A stretch of DNA of 64,000 nucleotides. It comes from Spirochaetia bacterium UBA5763 (GTDB lineage: Bacteria; Spirochaetota; UBA4802; UBA5550). Under the pieces are notes generated by a model, which did no database searches, was not told the origin of the DNA, and worked only from the letters and a program-made list of their open reading frames with translations. A program made the position numbers and the translations under genes. Positions 28,201-34,050 of this stretch are shown one piece after another (position 1 is the stretch's first letter; the number at the start of each line of letters is the position of its first letter). The stretch covers positions 72,547 to 136,546 of the forward strand of contig DIEX01000026.1 of NCBI GenBank assembly GCA_002418835.1, read 5' to 3'.

Positions 28201-29869
28201 TTTCCCCCCGCTTGTTGTGCTGGCCGGTGGATCGGTTAAGGGGGATGCTGTTTCATACATATCTGGCCTTGACCTTGAAAAGATCGCACCTGCATCATAC
28301 ACACCTGCAATAATAGCGCTGCTTCAGAAGTGCTATGCATCAATTCCTGAAAACGGAACAAATGCTGAAAAAATAAAAATTCTCCAGCTGATGAAAAAGG
28401 TTTCATCCGATTCCTCTGTTTTCCATGTGATACGGGATTCGATGTACAGAATCGCTGTGGAGCTTATGATATCCGGGGATTACAGGGGTGCGTATAATGA
28501 AGCATCCGCTGCGGACGAAAGGTTCAGCCCTGATGACAGGGGCTATGCGGCAATTCAGCTTCTCCTTGCCAATCTTCTTATAAGGGGGGAGAATTTTAAA
28601 AAAGCTGAAGAGAAGTGTACCATCGTAAAAAACATCCGCCCCCTCAAAACTGAAGAGAAGTACCTCCTTGATCTCCAGTTATCCATGGTTGAACTTAACA
28701 GACTCCGCTCACTTAAAAAAGCAACGGCTCAGGATGCCGCTGAATTTGAGAAGCTCTTCACTTCATCACTTGCTGTTCTGAAACTTAACCCGGATATTCT
28801 GAACATACACGGCTACAGGGATATGACAGTAAGCGTTTTTGACGAATACATCAACTACAAGATGAAAACAGGACAGCATTCTGACGCGCACTTCTACAAC
28901 GAAATGAAAAAGCTCTTAATCACTTCATCTATAACAGGAGTAAACCTTGTAAAATCAGCAGGCACAATAGATATAACAGCAATTCAGCAGGCGCTCCCTG
29001 AAAAGTGCGGCTATATAAATATATCAAAAGTTAAAAATGATATATTCATCTGGATTGTTGACAGCAAAATGAAAAAAGCACTCTGGATTGAAAACGGGTA
29101 CAAAACACTTTCAGAGCTGCTACCGAAATACAGGCTTTCAGTGCTGAAAGAATCTGAAGTGAAGAAAGCATCTTCAGACCTGGCGGAATATTTTCAGCCC
29201 CTTGAAGCATACTTTAAAAGCAGAAAGCAGGTTGTTTTTTCAACAGATTCATTCACAGAGCAGATACCCTTTGAAATTATCGGTAAAGGAAAAATGCTCT
29301 CTGAAGAGGTGAAGATAAGCTACATGGCATCACCTCTGCTGTACTCATCATCTAAAGGGAATTTCGGATCACCTGTGCGCTTTATCGGGAAGCCGGGCCA
29401 GGCATTTCAGTCTCATGTTGAGAAGGTGGCTGTGCGCGAATCGGGGATTAAGAGCTTTGATGCTGATTCAGCGTCAGGAGGGATCGCCCATATAACAGGG
29501 GAGATTTCATACAGTTCACCTGAAAAGGGATATCTCCTTGATAACAGGGGATTGGTTTCTGCCATAGGTTCCCCGGATTTTATTTATGCTGCAATTGGTG
29601 ACCATCACGGAGCAGGGCCCGTTGACTTTATTCTCAATGCAAGGGGTGCGGGAGTTAAAGCTGCTGTTGTCAATTCATCGCCTGTAAGTGAACTTAACAG
29701 AGGAGTTTTTGCAGGGGAGTTTTACAGGTCTGTAAATAACGGCGGCACACTGATTGAATCATTTGCATCAGCAGTGGATAAAACACGGAATGACAGCAGG
29801 TACAGGAACCCCGGTGCATGGGGCGGGTTCAGGTTGTATATTTATAATTTAGCTTATCTGAAAGAGTAA
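22223..29869 (+). CDS. Giant lipoprotein (about 2548 aa) with an N-terminal TolB-like PD40 beta-propeller, long TPR/helical-repeat arrays and two CHAT-like modules
   Basis: I chose the ATG at 22223, 3 nt after the upstream stop. The lipobox is AAVIISC. PD40-like repeats include SPDGRRVAFVS, SPDGKLLAFSS and SPDGKKIVYTS. The C-terminus QIPFEIIG..ISYMASPLL..GGIAHITGE..NPGAWGGFRLYIY is CHAT-like. Confidence 0.8.
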   Translation: MNMKILLKYILPLSILLQAAVIISCDDKKTADVQFSYRGIIDKEYRFNVGRVIPVTISQSIETDGDISADGNYFFYSSNMDGGNFDIYLRLMGDITTVRLTAHPSKDTSPVISPDGRRVAFVSFRDDPEGDIFIIKLKPEELLKRASSGEEIPPLDNTAVNITAEKNPDTGVIINIKDSNPCWSPDGKLLAFSSSKDGNGSIWLMERDGSSKRKISPKDGFYPAFSPDGKKIVYTSYSDNIYGDIYSVEIAAGKSERLTTGDSIKLYPSYSGGSDKIIYSSIENDTNGNGELDLQDRSVIRLYDLKEKLSYPLTKKSDTSFKAKWLPVLNTRDYNGVIIYTDITGENINLNIIPELGIIPKKLNAKLQYELCETYISEYDDEERYAMALDAVYSFYGKAGDTSSRAYVNRSLKEGALYYFLKKNNAASSESTALLKKKAAGNDLYAAFLIDLIENRRSQADALILKMSEDKNNRYFAPFAIEDLGDLALLSGKKNEAAALYKDLLKKFPDFERGTDVLTKISLISDDLRKGTLSDAAVTIINKGNTNQKISVTSNLINPLEKTRFSSADASEALRNIGNLKKKFSEDKKIMAILTLASGIISDSAGKTDTAKNDLEESIKLSHPNDLTYYTANIRLAEMERRSGRNAEAEKYYGAGVNRYSRRFKTENFRDKLLWIINYYEQAGERSSSKGDFAAASQIYDKYINLITLMHNKRIYPEIYTEYAPRAHVLYIDAYTGWKGEEGINELEKSYNSKLPVLRMDFNRAALYGLAYIYTKKAMLIDSDAQALISTFSRDKVFENLYLADKQIEWALFLDDTFIEPYLLKSWIYLFIDLQRKEYGDDIESSIGSYFPKRLWEKNIPLLDKAINANNEKLYPENEGNIHINLGNTYFLLVNYPRALNHYNTARKFKKTFSSDIEKALFHFHTGYTLWQNGEVKEAREEITRAYGIYSTLAAGSSSKYKNQILALYRYFALFSRYEEKFAEAINWYKKIIKHAEENKIEIDKARYMQEIAFCFKELGDYDTAKSYIDTADRLLRDYPDDTKKYYLRIKLVGIGPFPVFNMGPDTAVIGDNKIFYPLDRWNKQLLSISMLEELAVKNSNYAGAIEYLKKKISLLEKNKTSVAYETRIRSLNNLGYYYFRSGSIAEAEKRFSEAGELASEKNNLQGIFSSMMNLANLYALMIDEGKNEGHNWLSDTEKFLSKIEKYRNSYFDMRFTQDKKALEAAADAKKAEVTPEQIAALKKTIEKQTAEIYYSLDISIAMMKFYRAELLYSSSDVKKGDNPHYNLYTHNRDIYNLYAEALRMFEGAISVADKQGNRELKVKLLVNAAHCYEKISEYEKGYVALIDARNISTQYRFGWTGINADFALGSYLADYGREVESGDYRALVERYMSAAISHIEEHPLLYTPRAGKIRKMYNRYAEFLVNTGKGDRGFHLQERLNRVERITSVNSINPVFGDEYHRNAYFTYLSEIAKLGEIRDRRSALLVSGAAAASPEVEEFNKKEKAQEERLAKLFREIENKNSRIVPYLELSDVKLKTDHDIYSFMETGKGIYSWKLSDGKISSGYMKADSADALSSMINEGSSRRGIFILLNDTSLKLVNRHRGGITGNFSFINTIDRAEIFSKGAPPAGDIISSVKGIESPSADVKVESPSEDLHLSSYAVIVDSPDNGSLISREKLLSEKGISPSCIILAGAADDASRLSLMLEAALYSGTGSIIYSLSNDSRDISSVIKALYTGSGIIGSNHIKTGYINALSYVKPADNKKTAASEFAAFTGAVNKADFDSGAVHLARWRAMSPDEKFRYMTSAWLLHLLKGDYPSSLKALESYNPSNADEGASLVFRKLYTLLHKGDFAEAVVLRKKITGIEKYPDLEFIDAIFDAVNGRDSAAEKILKIAKPYNTLITAERYMILAAEYIYLYNPEMSARVMNLAPMKQLSLNERMMNFVITGDKPDTGISPRVDRIAALGDSGSKAADESMKLIKSGDHFDALSAFPPLVVLAGGSVKGDAVSYISGLDLEKIAPASYTPAIIALLQKCYASIPENGTNAEKIKILQLMKKVSSDSSVFHVIRDSMYRIAVELMISGDYRGAYNEASAADERFSPDDRGYAAIQLLLANLLIRGENFKKAEEKCTIVKNIRPLKTEEKYLLDLQLSMVELNRLRSLKKATAQDAAEFEKLFTSSLAVLKLNPDILNIHGYRDMTVSVFDEYINYKMKTGQHSDAHFYNEMKKLLITSSITGVNLVKSAGTIDITAIQQALPEKCGYINISKVKNDIFIWIVDSKMKKALWIENGYKTLSELLPKYRLSVLKESEVKKASSDLAEYFQPLEAYFKSRKQVVFSTDSFTEQIPFEIIGKGKMLSEEVKISYMASPLLYSSSKGNFGSPVRFIGKPGQAFQSHVEKVAVRESGIKSFDADSASGGIAHITGEISYSSPEKGYLLDNRGLVSAIGSPDFIYAAIGDHHGAGPVDFILNARGAGVKAAVVNSSPVSELNRGVFAGEFYRSVNNGGTLIESFASAVDKTRNDSRYRNPGAWGGFRLYIYNLAYLKE

Positions 29870-30060
29870 GGGGCATCACGCAAAGACGCTAAGGCGCGGA
29901 GGGGGTTGAGAATGCAAGCAACTGGGTTAACGACCATCTGTTTACCAGTGATGATGAGGGAAATGGGGAGAACCCAACGGTTGGTTCAAATACTGAAGGT
30001 GACAATGGAGGATCAACTTCAGAACAGATAGCTTCCAACCAGCTTTCGACAGATCAGAAG

Positions 30061-30723
30061 ATGACCGAATACAGACATGCTACAGAAACGAATGACTCTA
30101 CCGAAGAGGAAGATTATACCCCAGGTAAATTTAAACAATCAGAAATCGATGAACATATTGGATTACTTGATGAAAATGGTAATTTAATAAAAAGAAGCTG
30201 TAATATTACAGCAGATATTAGCATATTTGTAAATCAGGCAATTAAAGATGGAACGATAAATCCCGATATAATCAATCCCGCAACAGGTGAAGTAGATTTA
30301 ACAAAAGTATATGATATTGCAAAGAGTTATGGAGATTCGATTATAAAAGGGAATTTCAGTGTCGCTGATGATGAAAAGCTTGCTAAGATTATTGCACCAA
30401 CTTCAAATTATTCTTTAGTCAATGGTGGGACAGTAACATCAGATAATATAATAAATCATCTGGATAGTGGGCAGCCTGTTAAAGTAACATTAAGTGATGG
30501 GCATAGAGAAACTATATATGACTATGATACTGATGCAAATGGTAATGTAACCAGATTCAAGATAGATGATGTCGGTTATCAGGGGGATAAATACGTAGAT
30601 CCAAAGACAATGCAGCCATACAAGGTTACCAATGAAGGAACTAAATATGAAAAGAAAAAATATTCTCAAAGTCACGGTGATGGCTCAGCAAGAACTGTTA
30701 ACAATATACAAGTTTTACAATGA
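30061..30723 (+). CDS. Papain-fold (Cys-His-Asp) putative toxin or amidase domain, probably a 5'-truncated orphan module
   Basis: The candidate triad is RSCNITADISIF, then SGQPVKVTLSDGHRETIYDYD, then FKIDDVG. The frame is open from 29893 (after a TAA at 29890-29892). Codons 29893-30060 contain no in-frame ATG, GTG or TTG, and the ATG at 30061 has no obvious RBS. Confidence 0.45.
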   Translation: MTEYRHATETNDSTEEEDYTPGKFKQSEIDEHIGLLDENGNLIKRSCNITADISIFVNQAIKDGTINPDIINPATGEVDLTKVYDIAKSYGDSIIKGNFSVADDEKLAKIIAPTSNYSLVNGGTVTSDNIINHLDSGQPVKVTLSDGHRETIYDYDTDANGNVTRFKIDDVGYQGDKYVDPKTMQPYKVTNEGTKYEKKKYSQSHGDGSARTVNNIQVLQ

Positions 30724-30754
30724 TTGAAAGACTAAAAGGGGGATTGAATAATTT

Positions 30755-31381
30755 ATGAAAAGATCTATGACTACTTGGTTGTTTGCTTTAATCCTTATAG
30801 TTAGTTACCAATTTGTTGAGTGTAAGACAGATAGTAAAAAAACTCTGCCGAAATTTGAAGAAATTAATAAACAAACCGGAGTCTATATAATCAGATATTC
30901 AAATGTAATTTTAGATATTAATAATAAAAAAATTAAGGTTCCTATTTATAACGGTATTCATGAGGATATCACTTATGAAGATTTAGAGAAACAACAAACG
31001 GACAAAGATTTATATTTATTAGGCAATATTTATATTCCAGCAAAAGACGGTGAAGTTAAGAAAACATTTTTTGATATATTGAATTTTTATAAGAAGAGTT
31101 TTTTTAAAGATATAGATGTAAACAGGCCATCCGTAATAGGCAATGAAGGTGGAGTTGACATGTATATCTGGTATGACTTTGATTACGAAGGAATCCCCTG
31201 CTCAATGATGATTACAGTGGCATGTGATGTTAAAGCTTCAATTGAAAAAAATAAAAAGGAGAATTCAAATCAAAAAAAGAATTATAAGATAGAAACAGTA
31301 GATATGCTTGAATTTAAAGAAGATTCAAAATGGATCGGAATCGATATTGAGTTAGGTCATTATAGCGAATTCAAGAAGTAG
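30755..31381 (+). CDS. Secreted or lipoprotein hypothetical, a candidate cognate immunity protein
   Basis: The signal peptide is MKRSMTTWLFALILIVSYQFVEC. The gene starts 31 nt after the toxin-like ORF, shares its AT-rich composition, and has AAGGGGGA upstream. Confidence 0.4.
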   Translation: MKRSMTTWLFALILIVSYQFVECKTDSKKTLPKFEEINKQTGVYIIRYSNVILDINNKKIKVPIYNGIHEDITYEDLEKQQTDKDLYLLGNIYIPAKDGEVKKTFFDILNFYKKSFFKDIDVNRPSVIGNEGGVDMYIWYDFDYEGIPCSMMITVACDVKASIEKNKKENSNQKKNYKIETVDMLEFKEDSKWIGIDIELGHYSEFKK

Positions 31382-31422
31382 CCAGGCGAACAGGTAATTT
31401 TTTATTACATTTTGCAATGAAT

Positions 31423-31555
31423 CCGCATATAGCATAATGGCTAAGCAGCCCGACGTCGCCGGGGATACATTAGGTTTCTGACATAAAAAGTTGGCGATGT
31501 GCGCTCGCCCTGAGCCTGTCGAAGGGTTAACGAACGGGCTGCGACAATTATGCGG
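31423..31555. other. GC-rich nested-helix element, either a candidate structured RNA or a REP-like element
   Basis: The nested complementary pairs are ccgcata (31423-29) with tatgcgg (31549-55), gcagcccg (31445-52) with cgggctgc (31535-42), and gtcgcc (31454-59) with ggcgat (31493-98). Confidence 0.35.
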
Positions 31556-31633
31556 TGTGCGGATGCGGGGAACGGATTTTTAATACATTAAGTTTATGCG
31601 GTGGGATAGTTTAGAAACATAGAAATATTTCTT

Positions 31634-31663
31634 TTGACATAAACCTGTATAAAATATAGGTTT
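31634..31663 (+). promoter_or_regulatory. Putative vapBC promoter with an operator palindrome
   Basis: TTGACA at 31634-39 is followed by the near-palindrome aaacctgtat-aaa-atataggttt (31641-31663), about 20 nt upstream of the vapB ATG. Confidence 0.35.
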
Positions 31664-31682
31664 TATCCACGCAGGAGGAAAT

Positions 31683-31913
31683 ATGATCAATCTGGAAATC
31701 AAAAAAAAGCTTATAGAGGACTTAAAAAATCTCCCCTTTGATTCTCAGAAAAAGGTGCAGGAGTTCGCGCACGCCCTTCTGATAACTCAAAGCCGGGGGA
31801 AATCAGGCAAAGAGATGGTCAGGTTTTCAGGAAAACTGAACCACGAAGATGCCGGAGAGCTGAAAAAGATAATTGAGAACGGATGTGAGAAGGTTGATAT
31901 CAATGAGTGGTAG
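31683..31913 (+). CDS. vapB: Type II antitoxin (VapB-like)
   Basis: This 76-aa ORF has GGAGGA upstream. Its 3' end overlaps the PIN gene start by 11 nt, and it ends in the ..CEKVDINEW-type tail common in PIN-partner antitoxins. Confidence 0.65.
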   Translation: MINLEIKKKLIEDLKNLPFDSQKKVQEFAHALLITQSRGKSGKEMVRFSGKLNHEDAGELKKIIENGCEKVDINEW

Positions 31914-32307
31914 ATATCTGGTTGATACCAATATTATTATTGATCTCTTTAATGGTGATGATGCTGTCACAAAGAAGATTATTACATGCTCTGAAGTCTT
32001 TGTTCCAAATATTGTAATCGGGGAATTGTATTACGGCTCATACGGCTCAAAGAAGAAAAAAAGCAATTTAAAGAGGCTTGAAGAATTTATTGTTTCATCA
32101 ACAGTAATTAATACAACTGTTGAGACGGCCAGAATTTACGGGCATATCAAGAATGAGCTGAAGAAGAAGGGAACCCCAATCCCTGAGAATGATATCTGGA
32201 TAGCCGCACTGGCAAAACAGTATTCATTGAAACTATTAACAAGAGACAGGCATTTTGAATCTATTGATGAGATAGATGCAGAGATACTGCGAAGCAAAAC
32301 GCCATGA
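31903..32307 (+). CDS. vapC: PIN-domain ribonuclease toxin VapC
   Basis: I placed the start at the ATG at 31903. The acidic PIN residues lie in YLVDTNIII, IGELYYG, ENDIWIAALA and LLTRDRHF. Confidence 0.85.
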   Translation: MSGRYLVDTNIIIDLFNGDDAVTKKIITCSEVFVPNIVIGELYYGSYGSKKKKSNLKRLEEFIVSSTVINTTVETARIYGHIKNELKKKGTPIPENDIWIAALAKQYSLKLLTRDRHFESIDEIDAEILRSKTP

Positions 32308-32351
32308 TACCTTTCCCCTTTTCCGATAATGCATGAGTTTAACTGAAACTT

Positions 32352-32603
32352 ATCGGCATTGATTAAAAATACATCGACACCGACTGAATTTATATCAGCT
32401 TCAATAGAAATTACATCAAGCTCGATATAATTTACATCAACGTTGATTGAATTTATATCGATTTCAATTGATTTTACATTGAATTCAATGCAAAAGGTAT
32501 CGAGGCTGACTGAATTTATATCAGTTTCAATATAATTTATATTGAATTCAATTGAAATTATATCGGCTTCAATACAAAATACATCAACGATGATATTAAT
32601 TAC
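32352..32603. repeat. Twelve tandem, perfectly phased 21-bp AT-rich direct repeats
   Basis: The unit starts (ATC or ATT) fall at 32352, 32373, 32394 and so on to 32583, exactly 21 bp apart with no indels. The consensus is approximately ATCRNNNTCRATNNAAWTTAY. Confidence 0.9.
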
Positions 32604-32760
32604 TTGAGTCAGGCGTTTTTTTCATTAATATAAGTTATTCTTTGTCATGCCGGTTTCCTGTAAGGAATACCGGCAACTCATAGTAGAAGTTCTGGAATTT
32701 ATCTTATGAGATTCAGGTATTTACAAATTCGGAAGACGTAAAACCGGTATTAAAAACTTT

Positions 32761-33588
32761 ATGACAGAAAAAGAAGATCTCCGCTACATAGAAAAAATCG
32801 AAAAGACCGCAGGACGGGCAATCAACCGCTACTCTCTGATCGCCGGTGGCGACCGTGTTGCAGTTGCACTCTCCGGAGGGAAAGACTCCCTTGTTCTACT
32901 TGAAACTCTTGCCCGCAGAAGAAGAAGGCTCCCTGTCACTTACGAACTCTTTGCAGTATATGTATTCATAAAAAATATAGGCTACGAATCTGATATAAAC
33001 TTTATGCGGGAATTCTGCGCGTCTCTCGATGTCCCTTTTCACCTCATAGAGATGGAAGCAGACCTCACCATTGACCGGAGCAAATCTAAATGCTTTGTAT
33101 GCTCATGGCACAGGAGAAAGGCTCTCTTTAATTTCGCGGAGGAGATGAGCTGCAATAAACTTGCCCTTGGCCATCACCTTGATGACGCAATAGAAACACT
33201 GATAATGAACATGATGTTCAATGGAATAACAAGCTCTCTCCCCCCTTCCCTCTCAATGTTCAGCGGCAGACTGCATGTGATACGGCCCCTGATACTTCTT
33301 GAAAAGAAGGAGATTGATAAATACGCTGAGATAAGGGTATTCCCTTCTGAAGTTAAACGCTGCCCTTATGGAGAAGATACAACGAGGATCAAAGCCCGTG
33401 AGATGATAGAGCAGATGACATCCGGGAGCAGCACAATAAAAAAAGTATATTCCGCAGTATGTCGAATATTCACAAAGAGTATCTGCCGCCTGAATAAGCA
33501 AGGGGCTGCAACCCCTTGTTTATTCAGGCAACCCCTTGCTCCTGTGGCAAAAAATCAATCCGGAAGATTATACCCGCACCCTTCATAA
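32761..33588 (+). CDS. ttcA: TtcA-family PP-loop tRNA thiolation ATPase
   Basis: The PP-loop is VALSGGKDS. Cys motifs are SKCFVCSWHRRK and KRCPYGED, and LALGHHLDD is also present. The last 30 or so codons run through a GC hairpin and overlap the convergent gene. Confidence 0.75.
   Translation: MTEKEDLRYIEKIEKTAGRAINRYSLIAGGDRVAVALSGGKDSLVLLETLARRRRRLPVTYELFAVYVFIKNIGYESDINFMREFCASLDVPFHLIEMEADLTIDRSKSKCFVCSWHRRKALFNFAEEMSCNKLALGHHLDDAIETLIMNMMFNGITSSLPPSLSMFSGRLHVIRPLILLEKKEIDKYAEIRVFPSEVKRCPYGEDTTRIKAREMIEQMTSGSSTIKKVYSAVCRIFTKSICRLNKQGAATPCLFRQPLAPVAKNQSGRLYPHPS
33499..33518 (+). terminator. Hairpin caagggg-ctgcaa-ccccttg followed by tttattc, lying inside the 3' end of the ttcA-like ORF
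   Basis: A perfect 7-bp GC-rich stem is followed by a T-rich tail. A second copy of caaccccttg lies at 33528-33537. Confidence 0.45.
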
Positions 33589-33917
33589 GGGCTGATATTC
33601 TCCTCCTCCTGAAGATGAGTAACATCCTCGTAGTACGGGAAGTCTTTGCACATGCGGGGCCTGATATGATGAATTGAGCATCCGGGGAGTCCGTCCGCTC
33701 CGATAGAGTAATGTTTGCATCTGTAGTGATACGGCAGGTCTGCATCAGGCTCCTCAAATAAAAATGTAAGCATCGGATATATGAGGTATATCTCTGAAAA
33801 GTTGGGGTCTATCTGTTTTGTTTTTTTCCAGTAGCCGTAGGCCTTCTCAAGGAGTTCCGGGGACTCCGCGAGCATCACATCCTGGCAGCATTTTCCGCAT
33901 CTGATACAATCTCCCAT
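33555..33917 (-). CDS. YkgJ-family (CxxCxxCC) zinc/iron-chelating cysteine-cluster protein
   Basis: The N-terminus is MGDCIRCGKCCQD, with additional conserved Cys and His residues (YHYRCKH, GCSIHHIRPRMCKDFP). Confidence 0.7.
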   Translation of the reverse strand: MGDCIRCGKCCQDVMLAESPELLEKAYGYWKKTKQIDPNFSEIYLIYPMLTFLFEEPDADLPYHYRCKHYSIGADGLPGCSIHHIRPRMCKDFPYYEDVTHLQEEENISPYEGCGYNLPD

Positions 33918-34020
33918 AAAAGCCCCTGTTTCCCCATATTATAAATAATGCAAGTTTGCCTGTTAATCTGAAATGTACCCCGCTACTTATCAATAAAAAT
34001 TTACTGAATCAATCTATTTC

Positions 34021-34050
34021 TTGACAAAACCCTGCTCTAAAAATTATGAC
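34021..34050 (+). promoter_or_regulatory. Sigma70-like promoter candidate ahead of the guaB leader
   Basis: TTGACA (34021-26) is followed by a 17-18 nt spacer and then ttatga/tatgac. Confidence 0.35.

Noticed and set aside
32352-32603. Possible CRISPR array
   Set aside because: The units are contiguous 21-bp degenerate repeats with no unique spacers between them. The repeat length is too short, and no cas genes or leader are nearby.
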